Positions 37,334-45,911 of a DNA stretch of 60,176 bases are shown here, piece after piece. Below the pieces are notes generated by a model. That model saw nothing but the letters and a program-made list of their open reading frames with translations, had not been told where the DNA came from and did no database searches. The stretch's first letter is position 1, and each line of letters begins with the position of its first letter. The translations under genes and the position numbers were made by a program. The stretch is taken from IMG/VR virus record IMGVR_UViG_3300029258_002658; one strand, written 5' to 3'. Origin of the DNA: an uncultured virus (IMG/VR IMGVR_UViG_3300029258_002658) (taxonomy: Duplodnaviria; Heunggongvirae; Uroviricota; Caudoviricetes).

Positions 37334-39922
37334 CTATATGAAGTCGATGTGTTGTCCGTAGTGCCTCAACACAGAAGGGTCGAACTCTTCTTCCCCTCCA
37401 CCTGAGTCACCGAAGCCGACTAAGACCTTACCATCTGGCATGATCTGTTGCACGTCTCCCCATACTGTATGCCATGTACTGTCAGTATCGACAACCTGTA
37501 CCCTATCCCCAGGGAAGAACTGCTGCTCCAGGGGTAGCGATTGGCGGAAGGCTCTCTTTTCCTTCGGTGTCACCAATGACCTCTCTCGCTCTTCGATCTC
37601 GCGCATACCGTACCTGCCACGACGGAACTCTAAATCCGGATAGTCCATGTCTAGCCCGAAGAACCGCATCCCGTCTTTGTGTGCCCCTCCTGTGATCTCT
37701 ATCGTAGCGGCGTTGATTGACCGGAACGTACCGAGGAAAGATGGGCTGTAGGCTCCCCACTTTTTCCATACCTTGACAGCGGGGGAGTTGATGTCGGTGC
37801 GCGTGACCTCGTAGACGGTCCCACCCCAAGAACGGCTAACGTACTCTCCTGGCTTTGGGAGTTTCTCCAACCCCTTCGGCGTTCTCTTCTTCCGCTTCGT
37901 CTTCTTCTTCTTCTTGAGCGGGGATTCCTTTGGGGTGACCAGTCGTTTGATGCCGTAGATCTCCTTGGCTCGTTGAACAGCCTTCTTCACCAAGGTGAAC
38001 AGGCGTGGCATCAGCACCATGTTCTTGGTTACGGCGTAGGCGAACTGCACGTCGTGATCCACCCCCGGCAACTCCATGTGAGTCACCTCGTGAACGGCGA
38101 TGGCGCAGATCGTCAGGAGATCATCGTCCCTGTTTAGATGGTACCGGGGGATGATCTTGAAGGTGACGGGATCGTTGAACTCGTTCCGGCTCGTAGCTAC
38201 GGCGTAGGCCGGACTAATGAGGAGCCACTCCCCAGAGACATTCTCATCATGGAACTCCCAAGCCCGGTTCGTATAGAACGACCCTAGCGTTTCGCGTCCA
38301 CGTTCGTCCCAGTCGAAGGTGAACCCCACCCCAACCTTGTGGAGGTTGAGTCCGAGGGCAATGGCTACCCAGCGACAGGCCGCTGCCCATACATGGAGAA
38401 GGACACGCGGGTAGTTCCCCATGTTAGGGGACACCTCGTACTCAGGGGGTACGGGGATCGATTTCCGACCTTGCCGAATCAGGGTGTTTGGGGTCCAAAT
38501 CAGCCCGTTGGCTAAGGTGTTCTCGCCGTATCGCCCTGGCTTCACAGGGATGATTGAGAGGGCTTCTCTAGCCTCGGACTCCTCGACAGTAACATCGATG
38601 GCACGACTCTTATCGAGTGTCTGCTTTAGAGAGTCCGTGGCTCTGGCGACCTCCCTGAAAAGATCAGCAGCTTCTTGGGCTGTAAGTTGGTTTTCAGGCT
38701 CAACGACAGCGGGCGGGATATCCTTATCTTCCCGACCCTCCCCTCGAATGCGATCAAAGATCTGGTCGCCCAAGTCCCGGATGCGCGACTCTGCTTCCTC
38801 GAAGTTCGGGTCCTGGAAGGCATCTAGGTCTTCACCGTGGTAGATGGTGCTAGCGGGCACGGTAGAAGGACGGAGGGCGAACTCGCCTTCAACGGCAAGG
38901 TCTTTGATGAAATCGTTCAGCTTCGAACTGAAGGGGTAGCGGAACCCGTCCCGGTTGTCGGTGAAGAATGCCTTAGCGTTCCCGATGCACTCGATCAGGA
39001 CTTGACCGTCTACCCCGTCCGGTTGATACGGCCCAGGGAACATGTACAGGCCGTTCTGTCGTACCGGGATTTTGCGAGTATCCAGCACGTTCCCCCGGAC
39101 AACAGTGACCCGGACCTGAGCCCCGGTATCCGGATCGTCCCACTGGCGAACCACCTCTCCACCCGTAAGCCCTAACGTGAACGAGAGCCTCTCTTCGTTC
39201 ATGTAGAGGTTCACACCTGGGACGTGCGACATCCCTACGACGGTGTTGGCATAGGCTGTGGAGGTTCGTAGGGCCTCCTCTAGAGGCATCTTCACCCGGA
39301 GCATGGTGCCCGTAGCGCGGTCGTGACCGGGATGGGCTTGTTGTCTGCTCGCGATGGCTTCCTCGATGGACATACGCCCTGTACGTGGTGCGGTATGCCG
39401 AACGCCCTGACCCTGCACCCAAGTCCACTCCACCTCGTAATCATTGACTTGAACGACGGTCCGAATCTCATAGCTGAGCCATGGGAAGAGGATGATCTCC
39501 TTCGCCTTCCCGAACCCACCAGTGGCCCGTACTCCCTTCTTACCGGTGCCTGCTAACGCTAGGAAGTTGGCGAGCAACTGATCCTTCGTCATGCCTACTC
39601 CATCGTCTTCACACCCGACGACGAAGCCATCCTCTGCCCTTCGGAAGATGAGCCATACGTTTGCGGCCTTAGCATCGACCGAGTTCTGGAGAACCTCACG
39701 CCACCAAGCACTCTGCCAATCCTCGTAGGTGGCAAGCGGTGACTGGGCGAACTCCTCCGAGATCCCAATGGTTTGGGTCATGCTTGCGGGGTTCACCTCC
39801 AAGCCTGCCGGTGTCATAGGTAGGTTAGTTTCCCCTCCCAGAGGAGGTTGGCCTACTGTAGGGGCACCGCTAACAGGTCTTCGAGAGGACTCCCAATCGA
39901 TCTCTGGTCGGATGATACGCAT
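37334..39922 (-). CDS. GHKL (HATPase_c) ATPase fused to HExxH metallopeptidase-like and SH3-like domains
   Basis: REVLQNSVDA; EDDGVGM; GGFGKAK; AVHEVTH; FFPGDRVQVV. Confidence 0.8.
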   Translation of the reverse strand: MRIIRPEIDWESSRRPVSGAPTVGQPPLGGETNLPMTPAGLEVNPASMTQTIGISEEFAQSPLATYEDWQSAWWREVLQNSVDAKAANVWLIFRRAEDGFVVGCEDDGVGMTKDQLLANFLALAGTGKKGVRATGGFGKAKEIILFPWLSYEIRTVVQVNDYEVEWTWVQGQGVRHTAPRTGRMSIEEAIASRQQAHPGHDRATGTMLRVKMPLEEALRTSTAYANTVVGMSHVPGVNLYMNEERLSFTLGLTGGEVVRQWDDPDTGAQVRVTVVRGNVLDTRKIPVRQNGLYMFPGPYQPDGVDGQVLIECIGNAKAFFTDNRDGFRYPFSSKLNDFIKDLAVEGEFALRPSTVPASTIYHGEDLDAFQDPNFEEAESRIRDLGDQIFDRIRGEGREDKDIPPAVVEPENQLTAQEAADLFREVARATDSLKQTLDKSRAIDVTVEESEAREALSIIPVKPGRYGENTLANGLIWTPNTLIRQGRKSIPVPPEYEVSPNMGNYPRVLLHVWAAACRWVAIALGLNLHKVGVGFTFDWDERGRETLGSFYTNRAWEFHDENVSGEWLLISPAYAVATSRNEFNDPVTFKIIPRYHLNRDDDLLTICAIAVHEVTHMELPGVDHDVQFAYAVTKNMVLMPRLFTLVKKAVQRAKEIYGIKRLVTPKESPLKKKKKTKRKKRTPKGLEKLPKPGEYVSRSWGGTVYEVTRTDINSPAVKVWKKWGAYSPSFLGTFRSINAATIEITGGAHKDGMRFFGLDMDYPDLEFRRGRYGMREIEERERSLVTPKEKRAFRQSLPLEQQFFPGDRVQVVDTDSTWHTVWGDVQQIMPDGKVLVGFGDSGGGEEEFDPSVLRHYGQHIDFI

Positions 39923-39935
39923 GGCCGTTCCTCTG

Positions 39936-40316
39936 TTAGGCGGTTGCCCCTTGGAGACGCTGCAAGATCTGGGTGTTCAGCTGACGCACGTACCGGATCG
40001 CTTCCGTGCGGATCCTGCCGACCTCACCGGCCATAGCCCCTTGCCGACTCACAACATCAGCTGCGGCACACGCTTCACGGTAGGCCTGCACCAGCTGGTC
40101 GAAGACGGCTCTGCTGGTACTTCGCTGGGAGGCTTCCAGGGCGGTGGATGCCGCTCGCATCAACCCGTACCCTTCGGGGTAGTCTCCTGCTCCGGGATAC
40201 CTCTGCGCTGTGAAGCTACGGGCCGCTGCGTTGATGTACTGACGAGCGACCCAACGGGCGAACCGCTGCCACCCACCGGGCAACAGTCGAGGCATCTCAA
40301 TCGGTGTGCTTGGCAT
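39936..40316 (-). CDS. Helical hypothetical protein
   Basis: GGAG RBS; 126 aa. Confidence 0.6.
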   Translation of the reverse strand: MPSTPIEMPRLLPGGWQRFARWVARQYINAAARSFTAQRYPGAGDYPEGYGLMRAASTALEASQRSTSRAVFDQLVQAYREACAAADVVSRQGAMAGEVGRIRTEAIRYVRQLNTQILQRLQGATA

Positions 40317-40329
40317 CGGTTTTCTCCGT

Positions 40330-43300
40330 TTAACTGGACTTCAGAGCGTTGATGATTTTATCCATCTCCGCTTCGCGCTCCGCGACCGTCCGGAAATAGC
40401 CTTCTCTCACGGCCTGTTGGCCGTATGGTTTTTTATCGCGAGTGTGCCTCAAAGAGAAGACGTAGTAGGTGCCCGGTGCGAGGTCGGACGTGGCGTACAT
40501 CCCCCCGAAGCCCTCCGGAACAGGCTCGAAGGTCTCCCTGGTCAAGGTAAAGAAGAGCCCCTCCTCCCTCCCACGGGCGTCCTTCCGACCCAGCGAGGCA
40601 TACCTTGGCTGCTCCCTCACTACACTGGCACTGTAGGTCCGAATCCCATTGGGCTCGGGTTCCACGGAACGGGCAGGCCCTTCGCCAAGGTAGGAGACCT
40701 CCTTGCTCCCAGCATCCCGGATGTGGACCTTCCAAGTCCCAGCAAGGTGGTAAGTGAGACCGATGCCAAGTCTCTGGACCAGCCGCCCGGCCAACTCATG
40801 CTTCCGGGTTAAGTTGTTATCGATCAGCCATAGCATGGGGATGTTGTGGCGGTTCGCCACAGCTTCCAGCTGCTGACGGGTGAACTCAACATACGCCGGT
40901 CCCTGGTCCATCAAGACCACAGGGCCTTTGCGGATAGCTGTCCGAGCAAGGTCGAGTAGGAATGCCTCCAGATCTTCCAGCGACGGACTCGTCACCTCCT
41001 TAGAGGCCTTGGGCTTTTCAACAGGAGGGGCTGGAGGAGTGGAGGATGGGAACAGCACCTGGGCAACCTCACGCCCTCGGGGAGTGAGCGTCCCTCCGTT
41101 CCCTTCCTTAACGATGAGGCCCTTTCGTTCCAATGCGTTCAGAGTGCGCCCCGGTCGCGCTCCAGCGCAGGGCTTCCCTTCAGCGATAGCCTGTAGGCAC
41201 TCCGTCATCTTCTCCGTTAGCTTGAGGGCCTCAACATCGACGGTAGGTATAGGTGGGGTCGGCGCGGGTACAACAGGCTCCGGCTCCCCCTCCTCTGCCC
41301 CCTCTCGTTTGGGCTCCGGCAGAGGTGGAGGCGTGACTACGGGGGCTGCGGGGGTATCAACTTCCCGCAGCGGTAGATCGAGCCTGCTCAAATCCTCGAA
41401 GGATAGGTTGGACTGAGTCGCCAGCATGGGCGTCGGTTGGATCAGCTGCAATTCGTTCTTGGCTCGTGTGACCACCACATACATCCAGCGCAACGTTTCC
41501 TGGACGGCTTGCTCAAACTTGGGGTCTACCTTGTTCTCGACGATGATGTGGTTCTGGGGAGGATCAGCCAGCATGTAGACCACGCCGAACTGCGATCCCT
41601 GGGAAGCGTGGCCGGTGATGCAGTACCCGTAGTGGGCCATGAGGAGGCTTAGCTGCTCATACGCCAGCATTTCTCGGACAGCGCGTTGCTCCCACGCTAC
41701 CTTGTCTTTCATCCAGTCCTGGCGCGGCTGGAAGCGGCTCGAAAACGAGCCGGTAGGGATAAAGGTGGCAAAGGTGGCTAGGACGTAGTGCATCTTGTCC
41801 CGAGGGGTCATGCTCTTTTCAGGTATTCTCCTTCGGAACGTGCCGTCCGGTTGGCGATTGGGGGTGACAGTTTCACCAGTCCAGCGTGTTATGAGCGCCG
41901 TAGGCCAAGCGTACTTTACACCCCGTCCTTTCAACTGCGATGCGAGCCGCTCAATCCCTTTGCGGTACGAGCGTAGCTTCGAGTTACGTGGGGAGTGGAA
42001 CAGCATCTCCTTCGGGATGTTCACGAAGAAGGTCTCGGCGTTGTCCTTCCCACGGGTCTCTACCGTAGCTTGGAAGCACGGGATGCTGTATCCGTAGTCG
42101 ATCTCGGTGTTAGGAGGGAGTCCGGTAGGTCCGACATCGGAAGGAGTTTCACCCTTGCGGCGAGGTGGTTCCGGCTCTGTGTACACGACGGGGATGTCTA
42201 CGGTGCCGTTGGAAACCTCTTGGACGATCAGGATTTCGTTGTTGGTGATCCGCTTGCCAGGGTCGGTATATGGGTCCGGAACGAAGGATCGTGTGGACTC
42301 CATCACCAGCTGCTCGCCTTCGTGGAGGGTTCCATCGAGAGGAGCGGTCCGGGAGCTAATCGACTTCTGATATCCCAATGCCACACGAATCTTGGCGTTG
42401 AGCGTCTCCCGCGAAGAGTGCTTCCCGGTGATAACGGAAGCGATTTCGGGGTTCCTCTGGAAGTACTCGGCGTACTCCCGAATGGCACTGAGTTCGTCTG
42501 TGAGTGTAACACCACGTCCCGCTTCGGCTCGTTTTGCAGCGTAGTACAGCAATCGCTCAGCGATGCCAACCTCGATGGACCCGCCGCCGGGGCGCGAAAC
42601 CCGTTCCTTCGCTAGTCGGATGGAGTCGAGGGCGTTGTCGCCTGGAGGTAGTTTGATGTGCTGGCGGTAGTCGTACGCAAGGTCCAGGATTGATGCCGAT
42701 TCCGAATCCGTTCGCAGGTTCTGAGCGGCCATGAGGTTCCCGAAGCCGGGGATCTGCTCCTTGAAACCTGCCCCCACAATCTCTGTGAAGATGTCGTTCA
42801 CCCCGATCTCACGCTCCTCCACCGGAGGGAGTTGCCCTGGGTCACCGACCAGTAGGATGGGATGCCCTGCTCCCCACATGAGGTCGTGCATCTGGGTGCG
42901 GGGGACCATGCTGGCCTCGTCAATGACACCCAAGTCGATAGAGGTATCCTCAGAGGTAGGGAGGCCTCCCTCCATAGCCTCTTCTAACTCTTCGTCTTCG
43001 TCTTCGGGTGACTCTACGGTGATGGTGCTGCCCCACGTCGCCATCACCGTAGTCGGGAAGGTGAAGATCCGTGGAATGCCATTGATGTCGAAGCCCCACG
43101 CAGGTTTTGCCCGCTTCTGGCCCTTCAGGATTATGGACTCACTCCGGACCGGAAGGCCTCTTTCTTTGGCGAGGAAAAGCAGGAGTCGCCGGAAGTACCA
43201 GTACATCACCTTGGCAGCGACGTGGGTGTACGCTGTCAACGCGACGTTCCGGACCGTTGGGTGCTTCTCCATCAACCGAATGAGCAGTCCACCGAGGGTG

Positions 43301-43890
43301 AAGGATTTCCCAACACCTGCGGACCCCGCAATCACCATCTGGCGGCGGAAGAGGTTCGGGTACAACCGACTCCACTCCTCATCCTTCTGTGGGCGGTCGC
43401 GGTACGTGATCCCGGTTGCGACTCGGGCAGACGGGAAGGCCTGCTCGATGGCGTCTATGGCTCCCTGTTGTAACGGCGTGAACTCGAACTCAAAGGGGAT
43501 GGGTTCGTCTCGCTCCTGCGGCCCGAACTCGTCGTAGACTGAATTGGCCCATGCACGAACTGGCCCCCGTAGGAGGAGGGTGGGGACGAACGTAGAGCCG
43601 TCCGGCATTGTGAACTGGAGACCTCCGGGAACAGAGCGTACCTTCGCCGGGGATCCTGTAGCCGCGTACGCTAAACGCAGGAAGGCCAATAGTTCGTCGG
43701 TGAGTTGCCCCTGCTGAATAGCCTGCGTAGACCGTGCTGCAAGCATAGCCGCGTAGGGGTGCCGCTGCTCTTCCAGGCCTCGCACTATCGCCTGCATCCG
43801 GGTCTGGACATCCGGAGGGATAGCCTCTTCGCCCACGAAGGCGACCGAATTGCCATCGCGGGACCACCCTGTCTTAGGGATCGCAGTCAT
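40330..43890 (-). CDS. Dda/RecD-like SF1B helicase with C-terminal accessory domains
   Basis: AGSAGVGKSF; IDEASM; LVGDPGQLPPV; YGYCITGHASQGSQF; WMYVVVTRA; wHTH-like segment after a Pro-rich linker. Confidence 0.87.
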   Translation of the reverse strand: MTAIPKTGWSRDGNSVAFVGEEAIPPDVQTRMQAIVRGLEEQRHPYAAMLAARSTQAIQQGQLTDELLAFLRLAYAATGSPAKVRSVPGGLQFTMPDGSTFVPTLLLRGPVRAWANSVYDEFGPQERDEPIPFEFEFTPLQQGAIDAIEQAFPSARVATGITYRDRPQKDEEWSRLYPNLFRRQMVIAGSAGVGKSFTLGGLLIRLMEKHPTVRNVALTAYTHVAAKVMYWYFRRLLLFLAKERGLPVRSESIILKGQKRAKPAWGFDINGIPRIFTFPTTVMATWGSTITVESPEDEDEELEEAMEGGLPTSEDTSIDLGVIDEASMVPRTQMHDLMWGAGHPILLVGDPGQLPPVEEREIGVNDIFTEIVGAGFKEQIPGFGNLMAAQNLRTDSESASILDLAYDYRQHIKLPPGDNALDSIRLAKERVSRPGGGSIEVGIAERLLYYAAKRAEAGRGVTLTDELSAIREYAEYFQRNPEIASVITGKHSSRETLNAKIRVALGYQKSISSRTAPLDGTLHEGEQLVMESTRSFVPDPYTDPGKRITNNEILIVQEVSNGTVDIPVVYTEPEPPRRKGETPSDVGPTGLPPNTEIDYGYSIPCFQATVETRGKDNAETFFVNIPKEMLFHSPRNSKLRSYRKGIERLASQLKGRGVKYAWPTALITRWTGETVTPNRQPDGTFRRRIPEKSMTPRDKMHYVLATFATFIPTGSFSSRFQPRQDWMKDKVAWEQRAVREMLAYEQLSLLMAHYGYCITGHASQGSQFGVVYMLADPPQNHIIVENKVDPKFEQAVQETLRWMYVVVTRAKNELQLIQPTPMLATQSNLSFEDLSRLDLPLREVDTPAAPVVTPPPLPEPKREGAEEGEPEPVVPAPTPPIPTVDVEALKLTEKMTECLQAIAEGKPCAGARPGRTLNALERKGLIVKEGNGGTLTPRGREVAQVLFPSSTPPAPPVEKPKASKEVTSPSLEDLEAFLLDLARTAIRKGPVVLMDQGPAYVEFTRQQLEAVANRHNIPMLWLIDNNLTRKHELAGRLVQRLGIGLTYHLAGTWKVHIRDAGSKEVSYLGEGPARSVEPEPNGIRTYSASVVREQPRYASLGRKDARGREEGLFFTLTRETFEPVPEGFGGMYATSDLAPGTYYVFSLRHTRDKKPYGQQAVREGYFRTVAEREAEMDKIINALKSS

Positions 43891-43941
43891 TTTCTACTCC
43901 AGCTGCGGAGAAAGTTGGTCGTTACGCTTGGATCGTACCCT

Positions 43942-44412
43942 CTAACGGGGCGGTTCGGTAGGGTAAGGTACGGACGAGACCATCTCGCGACCCCTACCGA
44001 GCAACCCTTCCAGCCTGTCCTGTCCCAAGAGGCGTTCCGCAAGCCTCAGTAGAACAGTACCCAGAATCACCGCCGATTCCTGGCTAAGCAGATCCAGGAC
44101 CCCTGTATCCTCGATGGTGGTTCCCCTTTGGAACGGGTTCCGGGGGTAGGCCTTCTGAGTGCCCAGCCCCCACCGCTTGATCCTTACTCGTACAACCCCT
44201 GGCCCCACGAACTCCTCGGCATAGAAGACGGATCCGTATTGCTTGCCGTGGTCCTCTAAGAAAGCCCTGAGGGTCTCGCGTACTAAGGGCAATGCCGCCT
44301 CTTTGGGGTACCCTACCATGTCGCAGTACACTGCTAGGAAAGCCATCACATCGCGCCAGCCGTCGTAGTCGCGGGGCTCGTAGGAGGGTGAAGTGGGATC
44401 GGTTTTAGCCAT
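43942..44412 (-). CDS. Hypothetical protein
   Basis: 156 aa ORF with AGGA RBS. Confidence 0.6.
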   Translation of the reverse strand: MAKTDPTSPSYEPRDYDGWRDVMAFLAVYCDMVGYPKEAALPLVRETLRAFLEDHGKQYGSVFYAEEFVGPGVVRVRIKRWGLGTQKAYPRNPFQRGTTIEDTGVLDLLSQESAVILGTVLLRLAERLLGQDRLEGLLGRGREMVSSVPYPTEPPR

Positions 44413-44492
44413 GTCGGGGTCCTGGGTCTGCCCTCTCTTGAACGCTCCTGCTAAACTCTCAGGGACAGGTCTCCTACAATCCGGAGGATCCC

Positions 44493-45308
44493 ATGCGTCA
44501 CGTCATCATCACAACTGTCCTGCTCCTCCTGTTGGTTCAGGCCGCAACAGCGCAGTCAGAGTCGGTGGACCCTGTGTGGTTCGAGTCCGAGGACACGGCC
44601 CCGTACTACGATAGCGCCAGCGCATACTGGAACCTACATTTCCTACCGGGAAGCTGGCGGTGGGGCTTCGACGTAGAACATGACGAGTACTGGGCGGTGA
44701 GCGATGCAACAAACCTGGAAGGGGCTCACGTCGAGGATCTTTGGTTCAGCTTCTACAGTGGCGTGTGCGTCTGGGAGGGGTTCGAGGTCGTTGCTCGGGC
44801 AGGATCGGCCCGGACACTGATTCGGGAGCCGGGGGAGGGGACCTCGACACGGTACGGATGGGGCTACACCTACGGCACGGATCTTCGTTGGGCTTCGCGA
44901 GTGCCGTTCCTCCCACGATGGCTTCAACCTGAGTTGCTGATCTCCTACCGCGACTGGTTCGGAGGCCGCGAGGACGCTTTCGACGGGGACGAACTCCAGA
45001 ACCGGTTCGCCAGGGCGGATCTTCGCCTGTGGATCGAGCCTATCGGGTCGATCATCCCCTACGAACCGGGGTTTCACCTCAACCTCTATATCGGCGTAGG
45101 ATACCACCACCACTGGGGTGCGCTCCGCGTCTCCGAAGGGAATTGGCTGGAGTACACCTCGGAAGGAAACACCGAAGGCGAGGTATGGGGTGACATCGAC
45201 CTCGTGTGGGGTGGAACAATCAGCTTCGGGCGCTGGTTCGCCCTAACAACAAACTTCCGCTATCCTGGTATCCTCAGTGTGATGGTTTCGTTGGAGATCT
45301 ATCAGTAG
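44493..45308 (+). CDS. Putative outer-membrane beta-barrel protein
   Basis: Sec-type signal peptide (..LLLLVQAATA); alternating aromatic/hydrophobic strands (GWGYTYGTDLRW, LNLYIGVGYH); amphipathic C-terminal strand. Confidence 0.6.
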   Translation: MRHVIITTVLLLLLVQAATAQSESVDPVWFESEDTAPYYDSASAYWNLHFLPGSWRWGFDVEHDEYWAVSDATNLEGAHVEDLWFSFYSGVCVWEGFEVVARAGSARTLIREPGEGTSTRYGWGYTYGTDLRWASRVPFLPRWLQPELLISYRDWFGGREDAFDGDELQNRFARADLRLWIEPIGSIIPYEPGFHLNLYIGVGYHHHWGALRVSEGNWLEYTSEGNTEGEVWGDIDLVWGGTISFGRWFALTTNFRYPGILSVMVSLEIYQ

Positions 45309-45350
45309 GAGGCAACCGTAGCTGGACCTTCTGAGGGAACCTTCGAGATC

Positions 45351-45881
45351 GTGTCCGCTGCGGTAGAGCCTTACCGAGAGCAGGCCGTTGAGAAGGCCGA
45401 GGAGTACGCCGAGGCAATGCCTACCAGATCCAAGGCGAAGAAAAAGAAGAAGGCGAGCAAGAAGAAGACCACCGGGGCCGTGCCTTGGGAGGAAGCCCTC
45501 CAGCGTGTCCAAGCCTCACCTCAGTTCCCTAGTAGTACGGACTGGGATCGATACGCCAAGCAATGGGGAATCCAAGGGAAGTCGTTCACTTGGGGAACCA
45601 TGCGTGTCGCGGATCTCGATGACCTAAACCGGAGTGGTTCCCTCTATCTATCGCAGCACCTGGACGACGCTGAGATCAAAGCGAAGGGTAGGAGTGGGAA
45701 CCTGAACCCGGTGGTTATCACCTACGTTGAAGGTCGGCGGCTTGTGGTCGTGGACGGTACTCATTCCCTGATCGCAGCGGCTAGGCGAGGGGATGAACGA
45801 GTCACCGTTCTGGCTTCCAACGTCGCACGGAAGTTCCTCCAAGATCGGGGTGTAGAGTTCGAGCCCCTTGCAATGCCCTGA
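45351..45881 (+). CDS. ParB/Srx-like domain protein
   Basis: PVVITYVEGRRLVVVDGTHSLIAAARRG resembles ParB-N (PivV....y.iiDGhhR..Aa..lG); Lys-rich N-terminus. Confidence 0.65.
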   Translation: MSAAVEPYREQAVEKAEEYAEAMPTRSKAKKKKKASKKKTTGAVPWEEALQRVQASPQFPSSTDWDRYAKQWGIQGKSFTWGTMRVADLDDLNRSGSLYLSQHLDDAEIKAKGRSGNLNPVVITYVEGRRLVVVDGTHSLIAAARRGDERVTVLASNVARKFLQDRGVEFEPLAMP

Positions 45882-45905
45882 AACTGAAAAACTTTTGCAG
45901 TTTTG
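45876..45905. repeat. AT-rich palindrome, copy 3
   Basis: CCCTGAAACTGAAAAACTTTTGCAGTTTTG overlapping the ParB-like stop codon. Confidence 0.85.
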
Positions 45906-45911
45906 ACAGCT

